A stretch of DNA of 64,000 bases, from positions 62,001 to 126,000 of the forward strand of contig ADNK01001276.1 in the NCBI GenBank assembly GCA_000320545.1. Direction: 5' to 3'. Below, piece by piece: positions 39,195 to 53,734 of the stretch (the first letter of the stretch is position 1; each line of letters starts with the position of its first letter). Position numbers and translations under genes: made by a program. The notes beneath the pieces are model-generated. The model was not told the origin of the DNA, did not search any database, and saw only the letters and a program-made list of their open reading frames with translations. The stretch is from Bigelowiella natans CCMP2755. Lineage: Eukaryota; Protista; Cercozoa.

Positions 39195-39899
39195 CTGGGA
39201 TACTCGTCGTTCTCGCAACCAATAAACCAACCGATCAAGCAGCAATAGCAGCGCAAAAGCAGCAAATAGCAGCAAAACATAAGATATACAGGATAATAGG
39301 GAAACATCTGGAAGGAGAAGAAGCAGAGCAGAAGGCGGTGTCAGCAAGCCTTTTTGGGGGGTGGGAGACGGAAAGTCGAAATGGATTGTTTTTGTTGGTG
39401 ATGATGATTATGGATCATGAATCATAGTAGTAATAGATTCTTTACAGGAGGCCAAGTGATAGGGAGGAGGCAGCTAGTAGATTTTATAACATATACCGCT
39501 TTTCGGGGAAATAAGAGCATCGACTCTTGTCAAAACGATTGTCAGCTGAGCTTCGTATTTTGCTCAATTGTTGTTTCAGAGCTATACTTAGATTTGCTTA
39601 ATCCGGCTGCAAGCCATGATGACGTGAATCATGGGCAGCATGGCCGAATGATGTGAGGAGTGATTTTAAAACCCACACCACATCGTAACATCGTTCGTAG
39701 GCGGATCAATTTCCGATAATTTATTCATTTATCCTCGATGCCGTCTGTCTGGTGTCACTCTCTAATATTAAGATTACCAAACCGCGTTTCGCACGAATAG
39801 TGAGAAGAATGAGAGCCGTCCATTCGTTATTTAGACGTCGTACATTCAATATATCCATTATTTGCTCAAGTAATGAATGTATCATGTAAAAGTTCAAGT

Positions 39900-40460
39900 T
39901 TATTACTGATACTGTGCTACGACGTCAATTATCAATTGATCGCGGTGTGCAGTAGTTTGGCACTTGCAATTTTTTGTTGCCAAGAAAACACGGGGTGGAT
40001 AGCTAGCCGCGGCATTGCATAGCTAGATAGCTACATGAGGATGACTGTTGGAAATTTTTGATATGACATCACATTGCATTCGTCTCGATCAGCGTGTGCA
40101 TGCATGAAGACATTATGGCGGGAACGCAAACAAGCAGATACAATGCAAGCGCTGTGGCCGCAACGAAGCATTGTACAGCTATGTGCACGTGAAGTTGAGA
40201 CAACCCAAAATGCTGCAAGCCATGCAATGCGCTGCATGCAGTGGGAAAAAAACCGTGCGCCACACACACGATGCAAACATGTAACTTTGAGCATATCGAA
40301 GCTACAGAAGAGATCTTTGATCATGTCAAATGTGCTAACTAAGTGTCTCATAATGCTAAGTAATGCATCGTTCGTGGACACGCAGGACTTTTGTCATAAC
40401 TCAACTTAAAACATATGCACAGCTGTATGTGTGTCAACCCTAGGATCTTCGCCTAGCTGA
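39900..40460. other. Convergent-spacer compositional element
   Basis: Between the cNMP gene (+) and the sulfotransferase (-). Contains atcaattgat 39931-39940, tagctagatagcta 40020-40033 and tgcatgca 40097-40104. Confidence 0.6.
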
Positions 40461-40492
40461 TGATGTGGGAACAACTAAATTCGACCAACTTA

Positions 40493-41862
40493 TTATGCTA
40501 CTGTTCTAATCTTCGGCTTTCTCTCTGAAGAACCTGATGCCTGACTTCCATTTTTCTTTAATACTTCAGAGGTGGGGAAACTTGCTTTCTCGGACATCAA
40601 ATCAAGAATACGATTTCTATCATAATGTTCTCTCAAGAAGGAGAAAAGCTCTTTTATATCTCCTTTTCTTCTTAATGAATCATAGTCCAATAAAAATGTG
40701 TCGAGGCTATGACATTTATTTTTCCCACCACATTTTTTTGCTATACTTTTCGAATAGTAACGATTAATGATGGTTAGAGCATGAACTTCATGTAAAAAGT
40801 CAACGTGTTGTTTTGCTATTTCTGCGCCATTTTCCAGGTCACGCCAAATAGCAGACTTAACCAGATCTTCAGGATTGCGCACAAGGAAAATCACCTAATT
40901 TAATATGTGTCACAGCATCCGTGGCAATCTTCATAAATCTGCGCTTTGTGGTCGCGTACCTTGAGAACCCTGGTCCGATTGTTGAGGAATTCAAGATATC
41001 TAATTGCCATTTCGGTTTGCGGCACATCGATCATATCGGGTTGCAAGTGCCCAAACCATTGAATTTCCTTCGCTCCTAGGACTCGATAGCAGCCATTACT
41101 GCGTCGGAAGAATCTTATAGAACACACCACAGCATAATTAATTATTTCCAAACAAAAAAACAAGTTGAGCACCAATTTACAAACAACAAAATGAGTTGAA
41201 ACTCCATTGAGTAACAAACATGACGGGAATAGCAACTATATATGGTAGTGGTAGTGGTAGCAGTAAGTAAATGCAATGGCAGTTCATCATCGTCGTTGTC
41301 ACAGTAGTAGAAGTAACTGATCGACTAGTATCTGATAGTCTCGATTTGTCCCGTAGAACGGACTCTTGACGTTATCACGAGTAAATACAGTTTCTTGACA
41401 TAACTTCCACAATTTCATGAGGGCATTTCTGCTCTCTCCGGCGATGAACAAGTCCGGATTGCCTTGGAAATCGCCCGATTGAGCGTGTCTTGCGCAACCT
41501 GGTGCAATACCTGTTTTGTTTATAAAAACGTACAAAAGCAATACCCAGTCGAAAGAGATTATAGCTGGAAAAGAATCACACTGTTTGCACTGTCTTTCCA
41601 CCATCAGGCTCATGTAGATTGCATATTGCCTATTTCACAATGTAGGAAGGATGGCCTGAATAAAATATTTCCTACCACAATTCAGAAGCATCATCAGCAA
41701 GGTGCTCCCGGTGCGTGCTACGGTAAAAATAAGGATTGTTTTCTGCCAGTTGTCAATCTTCGCAACACCCAGCTCCTTCTGTCTTATCTCGCACTGTTCC
41801 TTGAAGTACGTAGTTGCGCTGAACCCCTTAGGAGGAGGTTCTATTCTCTTTTCATCGACCAT
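40493..41862 (-). CDS. Sulfotransferase-family protein (PAPS-dependent); true N-terminus uncertain and may extend to ~42084
   Basis: 5'-PSB-like KTILIFTVARTGSTLLMMLLNC, IAGE, LGAKEI, 3'-PB-like VIFLVRNPEDLVKS and DYDSL...KELFSFL, spread over four GT-AG-separated exons. Confidence 0.78.
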
Positions 41863-41883
41863 TCGCGGATCATATACGTTGAG

Positions 41884-41928
41884 CTTGGGTTCAATATGTT
41901 TGGGTTCAATATGCTTGGGTTCATTATA
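41884..41928. repeat. 15-bp tandem repeat x3 (EPKHI-type repeats on the minus strand)
   Basis: cttgggttcaatatg tttgggttcaatatg cttgggttcattata. Confidence 0.9.
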
Positions 41929-42125
41929 TATAAAAGATCAAAGCCAATGCCATGATGAGAAAGGTGACCCTCTCAGCACATCCTACACAATTTGGAACAA
42001 ATCGTGGAAATCACACGTCGGAAAATAGCACGTTTGCTTTCGATTGTTTGGTCTACTCACGCAATAACCATGCGCGCACAACATTCACATCAGAAAAATA
42101 AAAATTCTAAATTTCAAGTTGAAGA

Positions 42126-44305
42126 ATGGACATAGGTGTAATTGCTGACATACGCGTGCTAAACATTGCAGTGAATCTCCGGATCCATTATGATTGTGAT
42201 AGAAGTCTTTCATCACACGCCCAAAGAACCTACGAACTTTGCCTCATGCCCTCATTACTCTGGGGTTCCATCCCTCCATCCCTTTCTTGGAGATGTTACG
42301 TACGCTGGCGTTCTCATGATGCTCTTCTTGGTAAAATCCCCCAGTATTTCTTGCCTGCGACAACATATTTTATCAACGCGCTGGATCTGGATCTACGAAT
42401 TATGTAAATAAGTCAAAATATTGTCCCGGTAGATCTATTCTCGGCGGTAGTAGTGGGGTACCGGACGACGCAGTGTGATGCTGAATGATGCCCACGTTGC
42501 GACGATGTAACGGATAACGTAACGGACAACGCAACGACCAGGACAACAACAACAAGACCGACCGACAACTCACACTTCTTTCCTACGACAAGGAGGAGGA
42601 GGAGGAGGAGGAGAAGGAGAAGGAGAAGGAAAAGCACCCTTGGGGCGCTCACAGATAATTAACAGTATGCCTGAGGCCGGTCAGTTCAATGGGGTCGACC
42701 CTCGTCCACTCCGGGAGAAGGTTGCAATCGTTTTCCGACTAGAATTGATAACTAGAGGGGGGGGGCGGGGGGGGCGGCACGTCTCATCTTGCTGTCGTAG
42801 CTCGGGGATCATTGAAGTTGATATGATTACAATAGCTTGAGCGTCTTGCCAAGGAAATTGAGGAGGGCGAATACAGTCTCATGGTGATTAACCAGCTGCA
42901 CTAGTATTTTGCATTAGTAAAATTAAAAAAACTCATTCATACGGACACGTATTCTTATGCTTTAGATTCCGTTAGCATCACTCTGTCTTAACACGGCTTT
43001 TTTCTTCGTTCTGGGAAATAGGAGGACCGCATCTTGGTCAAGGCATCATACTTCGATCCCGTGAAGCCACTCGATTCCAAGTTGAAGAGAAAAATCGAAA
43101 AAGTTCGCGAGGCGAAGAAGGGAAAGCAAAGACTCTTGGCAGACTTCCCCGACCTGGCAGCTCTATCGCATAGACTAAGCGACCTTAATAATGTGGAGTT
43201 TAAACCGCGATTGGAACTTCTCATGGCGGATATTCGAAGGGAACTCGGACTCGAGCCTGGTGTCCTACCTGCACAAATCTAGTATCTCTATAATGAGTGT
43301 AGTCGCCTTAATTCTTGTTTGCCACAACTACTTTCTTCGTAGGCGATAAGCTGAAGTACGAAGATAGTGAGGAGGACGCCTTCGATTCGAAACTCTCAAA
43401 AGAAGACACCCTGCACCTTATTATGTGCTTTACAGACGAAAAAGGTATACAACTTGCTGAAGGGAGGCGTTTTGCATGATCTTGTGATACGATGATAATT
43501 TCTTCTGTCGTTCTCTTCCTCTCATCGATCTGACCTCCTCATCGTTCATTAACATCCACGTCACTTTTTCTCGAAGGCAACAACGGTGAAAAGGCGATCC
43601 GTGGCTCCCGAACTGCGCTCACAAATGCATCGCGCACCATCGACAAATACGTATCTGAGCGAACTACCACCAACTACACCGAATTGATTCAAGGTTGCTT
43701 GAAGGGCAGGACATTGCACAAAGCTCGTCATTAAGCTCACCATCGTTGTTTCAACTCCCGCTAGCATCAAGGATCTTGTTCTTCATTCTCATTTCGCATA
43801 TGTAATTGTTCATAATTAATCAGGCACAGGGCGCAAGGCAGGTTTTGTGTTTCTTTTCGAAGACGAGTACCGTTATAACCAATGCGGCCTCAAGAGCTAC
43901 CGATGCTTTGAACCTGAAATTATGGAAGCTTTCGTCAAGTCAGTTTATGTCTGCTAACGAGTAGTGAGTATACCTCCCCCCTCTCCCCTCTCCCTATGTT
44001 TCTAATATTATGTATTTTCGAATCTATATGATGAAGGTACCTTTCTCATCGAGGGAGCCTTAGTGAGATCCATAAAATGAAGCGAGTGATCGATCGCCTC
44101 AATCACTCCGTCGATGACATTGCCGATAATTGCGTGTCTTTCATGCAAAATCGGCAGATAGAAAGACTCAAAGCGATACAGAAGATGAGGTAGAAACTAT
44201 GAGGAAATGAGGAGTAAGATCACCTCCATGCGCTTGAGTGCGTGCGCGCGCACATGCACATAATTTATAATATTATATAAAATATAAAATTAAATAAATT
44301 ACATA

Positions 44306-44341
<36 letters not shown>

Positions 44342-45391
44342 ATGTATGCATGAAAGGCTAGAAGCTCAGTTGCAGGTTAAGAAGAACTTGGAAGAGCATT
44401 GCGTGCGAAGTATACGAGATATTCTCGATAACCACTTCCAGACGATGGCCGTGGAAATGGGAAAGGTTTCTCTTCATTCTTGCAAATCATTTGTTGGTAG
44501 GCAAGATGATAATGGGAGATGGTGGTGCTGGTGCTGGTGATAAGATGATGATATGGTAGTCATAACAGCAAAGGGGGTTGGCATTAACAAACAATCTCTC
44601 ATCAAAATTATAGATAAATGGCGTGTTCGATGGACTCGAGAAGAAGCTTTCTCAGTTTTATGTAGAAGAGACAAAGACAGCAAAGGTGGGGTGAATCACC
44701 AACGCACACACAAATATAATATTTTAGAGAGAGTGGGGGGGGGAGAGGAGAAGAGGTGTCTGCACATACACTATAAATCGATGAGAAAATATCAACCCAG
44801 AATATGGCAAAAGATGTGGTGAACCACCACATACGTGGCCACGAGCAGCAACTGAAGGAAGCTAGACGCAAACGTGAGGAGCTCTTTGGTAAGAGGAGTG
44901 CGGTCGTAGCAAAAAACCGATGATGCTTGACAACTACAACTAACTGACACAAATGATGTGCGTTTGGGATATGCTACGAATGTAACCAACAAAAAGGGGA
45001 GCACCAGCTCGCAAAGCTACTGATTATTGCGGAAGATTTAGAGAGCAACCGGTGAGTAAGTCAACCCCCCCCCCCCCCCCTTAACGTCATCCCATTCGCT
45101 CTGTCAGTCTCTTTCCTCGCTACATCGTCTCAACTCCTACTCCCCCCTCCCCCTCTAGCATGTACGAGGAGCTGACGCAGATGGTAGCGGACAAAGCGAC
45201 CGTTCATTTATTCGATAAGACGCTCACGTGCCCCCTTCTCCCGCCCCACTGCATCAAAGCTATACTATCTCGGATTGATGACACAACGATCCAAATGGTG
45301 AGAGGCATGGGGAGGAGGGAAAGGAGGGGGGTGGAGAGGAAAGGAGAGAGGAGGGGTACTGTGATGATGCATTGAATTTCCCAGAGGGTTG

Positions 45392-45431
<40 letters not shown>

Positions 45432-46090
45432 TCTCCCTCTCGCACTGAGCAGGTATTCGAGCAGGCGAGAGCACTGATGACCTTCACAAACACGATCACC
45501 GAGCCCAGAGATTTGAGGTGCTGCCCACCGATTCAACGCTGAATGATAATAAGAAGAACGCCCAATAGACTGATAATGGTGATGATAATGATGATGATGC
45601 CAGTGGTGACAGCGATGATTTTCACTTCATTGAGATCCCCATTAAATGCAGGCTGAAATTTGAGCAAATATGGAACGCATCTTCCATGCTCCAGTCGATT
45701 GAACACAATCCGAACTACGTTGAGATCCAGGATCTGATGCAGAAGGCACAGAGGGACAAGGAGACAAAAGCCCTCCTTCAGCAGTATGGCAGGGAGGAGA
45801 TTTCCGTTGAAGATTTGCAGCTGGCGTTGGCCAACAAGCTCGGGAAGGATCTTGTCGCGCTCAGCAAAGAACGGTAATCAAAGATCATGATGATCGATCA
45901 TTACAATGCTGATGACGATGGACACACAAAACGCGCTGTTTTCACAATTTATAATCAACTTGCATGGTTCTCCTCTCTCGCGTTACCTTCTTCTTCAATC
46001 ACCCGTAGCAACATCCATCGGGACGATGCTGGCATGCTTGACAACCACATCTCTCGCATTATTGACATTTCGGGGAATGAAGGTCCCTTC

Positions 46091-46150
<60 letters not shown>

Positions 46151-46463
46151 CTCCCTGTATAGAGGCAACACGTTTTTGGTAGCAGATGAAATGGATTGCT
46201 GTCATTTCCTAGCAAACAGATCAAATAAATTACAGCTGAGATTATTTAATAAAGGATAGATGATCGTGATGTGCATCATTTCCAGGCGGGTTGAGGAGTG
46301 TGTATGCGCGTACTATGGCTCGACTTCCAGCATTCCATGATGATCCTACAGATATATCGAAGAACCTGGAGGTCAAAGAACAATCTTTAGAGATATAGAA
46401 AAGCAAAACCTATCTTCCTGTGTTTCCTCTTCATATTCACATTCCTTACTTCTCTCTCTCTAT

Positions 46464-46510
<47 letters not shown>

Positions 46511-46644
46511 CTTTTCATACACCAGGCTATGAAGCAATTAACGGCGGTTGTTAGCATTTATGCAGCCTCACGCGATGAGATCGGTGAGATTTATAATCTC
46601 AGTTCCACTCGATGTTGATTTGATATAATTATGTGCATACTATT

Positions 46645-46693
<49 letters not shown>

Positions 46694-46855
46694 TCTAATA
46701 TACATGGTTGTGAATTGAGGTGTGCTGATGCATAAATACTGGAATTCCTTAGAGCAACGTGTGCGCTTCTTCGGCTTAAGGATTCGCAACTGCAACCTTT
46801 ATCCTACACGCGACTTGCTAAGATCGAGAGGGTGATATGCAGCTAAATTCTCTCC

Positions 46856-46894
<39 letters not shown>

Positions 46895-47176
46895 TCTCCC
46901 TTCTCTCTCTCCTTCTCTTACTCCTCCCCTTCCCTAGACTTATACTTCTGGGCGCGCGTGCAGCACAAACACCAGCATTTTCTGCATTCCACCCCTCCTC
47001 CTCCTCCTCCTCCTCCTCCTCCTCCTCCTCATCCTCCTTCTCCACCACCACCAGCAAAATGACATCTTTCTCGGGTCGGTACATCGAGAAAATAACCGAA
47101 GAGATTCTCCAAAGAAAGGAAGATGGGTACACCGATCAGATCCAGCCTATGTTCGTCCCTTCATATGTAAAGGTAG

Positions 47177-47211
<35 letters not shown>

Positions 47212-47622
47212 CGGCGTGCTCGTTTGACGTTTACATGGCAGCAAGAACGCATGACAATCGTACACACACCGGAGAAACGCTGCCCAAGAGCAACACCATC
47301 TTAGCCTACTGATCATCATCACCAAGCATCTTTACCCATCATCTCCGTGAAGGTGAGACCGCTCTACAGCACCGTGGAGCAGGGAATTATCGAGAAAGAA
47401 GAGAGAACGACGAGTGCACGTGATGACGATGATCATGGAAGAAGGGAGGTTGACTTAAAGAAGCAGAATACCTTATCGCGCCGCCTCCCCGTTGGGTTCC
47501 GAGTGCTAGCATCAAAGCCGTTTGTCTATTCCACCGTGCATGCTGACATGGGTAGTAACAGGAGCGGATGTGTGTGTGTGTGTGTGAGTGTGTGTGTGTG
47601 GTAGGAATAGATTGCGATAATC

Positions 47623-47664
<42 letters not shown>

Positions 47665-47911
47665 TCATTCATGAGTAGTTGGAAGAGCGAGATGTAGCAG
47701 TTAGTCACAGATTCCCAGCTAGCAATGAATAGCAGAAGAGGGGGGGGTGACGTGCGAACACTTTGTAAATTACAAATTATTTCTACTGCTCTTTTTCTCG
47801 TTGCATCTGTGTCTTTTATCGTCCACCATAGGTTTTGGCAATGTGCGTCCCAACCGCCAGCTCAATCACGCATTGGTTCGCACGCACAGATACTATTAAG
47901 TGTATATATAT

Positions 47912-47948
<37 letters not shown>

Positions 47949-48120
47949 TATATATGAAGCTAAATTCACACAATCATGATAACTAAAGAGTGTAATAAGT
48001 GCAACTTGCTTCTACTGCTACTACTACTACTACCGGTGTTATTGTAGGGCATCAAGAAGATTGGATATCAAAAGCAGCTGTCAAGCTTTAACAAACTCAT
48101 CCCCAACCCTCGCCGTCTCG

Positions 48121-48152
<32 letters not shown>

Positions 48153-48454
48153 AAGAAGACAATACCTTTCAAAATATAAGTCGTGATAGTAGTAGTAGTA
48201 GTAGTAGTAGTAGTAGAAGTAGTAGTCGTGGTAATAGCAATACTGACCGTCCCCCCCCCCCCCCCTCTCCTTTTCTCCTTCTTTTCTCTCAATGTCTGTG
48301 TTGTATTGCTGTCGTTGGTTGGAAACACAGGAAAAGTAAAGGGCCGATGGTATTATGAGGTGATAGCAATCTCATATCGAATTAACTACCAAGATTAGCT
48401 TCCATTGAGTAGTTTGTTAATGCCATCTCTTTCCATCATCCTCTCCTATCTCCC

Positions 48455-48514
<60 letters not shown>

Positions 48515-48608
48515 GCGTGCGTGGTCAATGCTGTACGATCCCAAGGCGACAATAGAGAACGACGATGATGGGCAGGGAAGCATCATGATTGGTACTGGAA
48601 TGTTTGTA

Positions 48609-48651
<43 letters not shown>

Positions 48652-48854
48652 TATGTTTTTTTTTTTTAAATATATAATTTCGTATGTTTATCTATGTTCT
48701 TACGTATCTCTACATTCAAGGTTATGATACATCCAGTGTGGACGAGGTGCTCCCCCCCCCCCTTCCTTTTTCTTCTTCTTCTTCTTCTTCTTCTTCTTCT
48801 TCTCATTCTTCTTCGCTCTTCTGGCTACGAGCACTTGTTCTATACCTACCACAG

Positions 48855-48895
<41 letters not shown>

Positions 48896-49626
48896 AATGA
48901 TGTGGGCGCTGCAGAGGAATCCAACATAATCCTCCTCCTACAACATCTTGATTAATTCATTAATAAACAGGAGAGCGACCGCCTCGCGCTACGCACAGGC
49001 ATGCCAAATATGCACTTTATGGATCGAATCGAACCAGTTCATTCCTTCGTCCAGCTCGCAACAACAGGTGAGAGAATTGGTGATGATGATGATGATGATG
49101 ATAGTACTAGTAGTGTGACCTTCTCAAGACGCAAACGTACGCGTGTAATCATGATATTGAGTAAAATGTACACGCATTAGCGATATGCTCGAAAGCTTGC
49201 GTGTTCTGACTTCCTGTTGTCCGTGTCATTTAACTCCACGTCGCTGTTGATTTGGTATACGATGATACAAAGAAATGCAGGACAAGAGTCGTCGGTGTTA
49301 TGAAATCATCCTAAGTTTCTGTTCTGTGTGTCGTTTACGCGCTCACTACGTCTTCTTCTTTTTCTTCTTCTTCTTCTTCTTCTTCTTCTTCTTCTTCTTC
49401 TTCCCCCAGGTGGATTGACCCTGTCAGCTCAAAGGATGGCTGAAAAGCTTCATGTTAAAGGTGGGAATTGCGTAGCAGTAGTAGTAGTAGTAGTAGTAGC
49501 AGTAGTGGTAGTAATAATAGTAATAGTAGTTGCTGAAGATCTTGTCGATTTGGAGCTATAGAATAGGTTGTTTGTGTCCATTGTGCCTACAACATCACTA
49601 TTTCTCTACTTGGTTCCTTCCTTCGA

Positions 49627-49664
<38 letters not shown>

Positions 49665-51338
49665 TATATAATATCAGGGCATGTGATGGGAAGACAGCGA
49701 GGCAGCAAGAAGAAGCTTCATATGGACCCCTCCTCCTCCTCCGGTATCTGCTTTTATGCGGTGTGCGTTGTGTTATAATATGTACTGTTGTCCCCTTCGT
49801 GCTGCCTGCACTCGATTCTCAATTCAAAGGCAACTACAACTTTTTGAAGAGACTACCCCCACATCCACATCAACCAGACAAAAAGGGAGGAGGAGGAGGA
49901 GGAGGAGGAGGTACAGCAGCAGCAGCAGCACAGGGCAGTAGCAGCATTAGTAGTAGTAGCAGTAGTGGTGATAGTAGTAGTAGTCGTCGCCGTAGTGGCA
50001 AGGATAGAACACGCAGATCAAGAGTCTCCTTGGGAGAGCGTGGAGATGACAAAGATGACGGCACAACGACAACACCGATGACAGCGATGAAGACGAGAAA
50101 TATGAGTGCTGAGGACTATAGAGTGACGGGCTGCCTTTGGTATGTCATCATAGTAGTGAGATATAAATAATCTTTTGATTGATGTGGTAAACAGTTCTCG
50201 TATATCTCTTGTGCTGAATCTGCTTTTTTATGAGAAACATCCTTGTCCCTCACTTTGCCCTCGTCTCTCCCCCCTCCTCGAAACCCAAGGGAGAATAATG
50301 GAATACTTCACCACAATGGGAGGCGGTACAGCACAGGAGTAACCTACGGCAAAGGTAGCGAATAATCATCCAGTCGCGCCCACCATTTCTATTGCCTTGG
50401 GCTGTGTGTGTGTGTGTGTGTGTGCTCGTGCAACGTTAATGTTTCTTGTACAAAGTTCTGGCTGCCTGGCTGCGCTTAAGTGCGGAAACGAACATGACAT
50501 AGATGCACACATTTGCAGCTGACCGATGAACGTACTTTGGTGGTCTCCTCCTCTTCTTCTTTCTCCCCCCCCCCTCTCCCTGCTCCTCGCATGCAGGCGA
50601 CACGATCGGGTGTGGGATCGATATGGACAACTACAATTTCTACTTTACAAAGAATGGTGCAGCGAACATACCGAACGAATTTGATATTTGTATATTTCCG
50701 CGGGTGGCGTGGCGATGTGCATGTGATTTGGGTATAAATATTACAATTATGTCCATCTCCAACGGCACAGTATCATCGACTACTCCTAATTCATTCTCTC
50801 CCCTCCCTCCACCCCTCCTCCATCTCCTTGGTACTTTTTGCCGTCTTACTTCTCAGGAAAGCTACTCTCATGCAGCGTGTTTGACCAGCTACGAGAAGGG
50901 TCGCTTTGGGTCGGCGCCACGGATGAGGTCAGGAAAAGTTCTAGATAGAGAAATAGATGATAGGAGGAGGGGGAGAAGAAGGCACTTCCGTGTTACACCA
51001 AAATGATAAAAAGACTAAATGTATGGAGGTGAGAGAAGTGATATGTAACGTGGTGATGATGCGCATTCACATGATCGACTGCATCATGTATGGTAGATAC
51101 ACCGATATATGTAGTACGTGTACTCTTCTGTGAGGGAGCTCTTCTCTCCTGCTGCAGCTGTGCAAGGATTGTTGTTGTTATCAACGACATTGACTTCACA
51201 CATTTTCTTGACAGAAGTATGACCCGGGAACCAGCCCAACGGTAGCAGAGGAGATAGAAGAAGAAATAAAGGTAATAGAACCTGGACCACTACTTTTCAT
51301 CAATACACATCTCACACTTCGCGTGATACAATTTGCGA

Positions 51339-51377
<39 letters not shown>

Positions 51378-51778
51378 ATATATGTATATATGTATATTGT
51401 GTTCTCCTTGCATCATACAGAAAACGGATGATGATAGATTTGACATCGAGATGCAGGTAACCTACGAAAATTGTTTAGATGGAAGAATTTCCTATGAATT
51501 TGATTGTTGAGTTTCGCTGCAATGTGATCGCGCAAGACATTTCACGATTTCATGTTAGGTAGCTTTCATTCTTCTTTTTGTTGTTTTTGTGCATGCTTTG
51601 ACGTGGAAAGGTTCGGATGTTGGCCAAGGAGAAGGAGTGGTGAGTGAATCTGGAGTGTGGAGGCGATGAAGATCTCGACGAAGAGAAAGATGATGAAGAT
51701 GATGATGATGATGATGATTATGATGATCGTCTTGGTGATTGTATCGATTGAGATGATGATGATGATGTGATAAGGAAC

Positions 51779-51845
<67 letters not shown>

Positions 51846-52312
51846 TTCTTCTCCAAACATCCTTTCCCCCTCTCTTTCTATCTCCCCCCCCCCTCTCACC
51901 GAAAAGGCCGGCTGATGAGTGGTACGAGTATATGCTTAAATCTGGTCGAAATGGAGGTACGCAAACACCTTCACATCTTGCACTCATCATCATCATCATC
52001 ACCATCATCATCATCGATTCAAAGCTTTCATAGGATGTCTTTAGGTTATCAATCTGCTCACCCACACCCATCTTTCTTCCTTCTATACCTGCCTGTTGTC
52101 GTTCAGATGGCGGGCTAGACGTCATTCACGAGATGCAGGAAGAAGACAAGAAACAGGTCCGAGTTGTAACGAGCATGCACATTATTATTATTATCATTAT
52201 TATTATTATTATTCAGTGTGGCTGCCCAAGCGTTGTTCGTGTAGATTCGTGCAATTTCTCACCATTTGCAATGTGTTACATGTCTGTCTGAAAGCACGTG
52301 TGCGTGTGTGCG

Positions 52313-52345
<33 letters not shown>

Positions 52346-53734
52346 ATCAACTATGGCATTCGTTGGAGCAGGCATTGGATTCCCCGATGAATAGCTTTGA
52401 AGCAGAGCAAAAAGTCGTGGCGCAGAAGTCAAAACCAAAGGAGTAATGCATGCGCAGATGATGATGTGATTCGGCATGGATTTATCGTGAATTTGTGTGT
52501 GTGTGTGTGTGTGTGTGTTTACAACATGATTCAGCAAAAGGTGTCTTTTAGATCATTGTAGACAGTCCAATACTTCACATCATTGGCTCATCTTTCGTTA
52601 TCACGATCGATCTTATTCGTCATTACGATCACCGCAGTCATCATTTATCTTGACCATCTATCCCCCCTTTACCCCCCCTCAGTCTGAGCTATGAGGTATT
52701 CCAAGTCGCCGAGCATTTGAGGGAGATGTTCAATACCTTTCGAGAGGAGCGCCTGAAGAAAATGAGATCAAGGGAACTCCAACCAGGTATCAACTTAAAA
52801 TGTTGTTGATGATATTCAAAGTGCACAATGCATATTGCTCGTTGTGTTTCCACAACATTCAATTAGCGGACCATCTCTTTCCCTCCGTATCATCCTAACG
52901 ATTGCTGAATTCCTATCTATCATTCTCCTCTCAGGAACCACGGACATCGTTGCGAAGAGCCTCATAAAGAAAGTGGGGGGAGGAGTCGAGTTCGTACATA
53001 CGACATCGAGGTCATCCATTCTGACACGTGTGTTGCTTGTTTATCAGCCTCCCTTTCCTTTGTAGCCATATATACTCGTTCTGAAAGGCGTTGGAAAAGT
53101 CCACTCTTTTAACGTTATTCTTCTACCACGAATATAAGGTTGATGCAGCCGACAGTCGTGCAGATCAATGGGGTAGCTGCAGTACACCGCTCTCCAATTT
53201 TGCGCCGATATTTCGCGATTCCCTTCGTCGTGCAAGCGCCAGAGGTAATGGGAAGAGAGGGGAAAGAAAGAGAGACAGAGAGGGAGAGAGAGAGCGAGGG
53301 AGAGAGAGAGAGAGGATGTAGAGAGAACTAATGAAGAAATTAAACAACGATGGTAGATTGTAGGGTTTCCGAAATATGCTTCTATCTAATTCTACCTGCT
53401 ACGATAGATTGACAGCATCGTCAGCTTCCAGGAAAATTCGTGCTCTGGTGTCTCAACGTTCAGCCACGTTTCTTCTTCGATCACTCAGCTTGATATCGAC
53501 CCCATCGCAGAAAACAAAACAAGGAAGCGATCAAACACTGGTAGTGCGGAAAGTGAAGGGCCTCCTAATGCGAGAAAGGACAGCAACATGGCTGGTGCTC
53601 AGTTTCTACTTCGGCCAGTTGTGACTGTGTTTTCAGGCCATGTAAAGCCGCGGATGAGCGTCGGCCTGCGCTTCGAAGAACCTCTACTGCACCGGTTGAC
53701 GGGGTTCCATCCCGTTGCACAGAGCTATGATTAG
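42126..53734 (+). CDS. Large (~35-exon) coiled-coil plus SPRY-domain protein; both ends approximate
   Basis: Chain of GT-AG-bounded exons on the + strand with helical segments (KLKRKIEKVREAKKGKQRLL, QDLMQKAQRDKETKALLQQ). SPRY motifs are GKVKGRWYYEV (~48330), GSIMIG and NNGILHHNGRRYSTGVTYGK|GDTIGCGIDMDNYNFYFTKNG (~50290-50657). A split into two genes cannot be excluded. Confidence 0.68.

Larger units (their letters stand above)
25130..39200. repeat. Microsatellite-dense block (introns of the REEP-like, SRR and cNMP genes)
   Basis: Directly visible di- and trinucleotide tracts, interrupted by SSR-free stretches at ~29570-30400 and ~33450-34800. Confidence 0.95.

Noticed and set aside
39195-39430. 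Coding-looking purine-rich sequence after the cNMP gene stop
   Set aside because: No consistent frame or splice path could be established; treated as 3' UTR, though a homopolymer error at 39168-39176 is possible.
41935-41945. In-frame TGA upstream of the sulfotransferase ORF as possible selenocysteine or recoding
   Set aside because: No redox motif context and no SECIS recognised; other genes here end in TGA, so the standard code applies.
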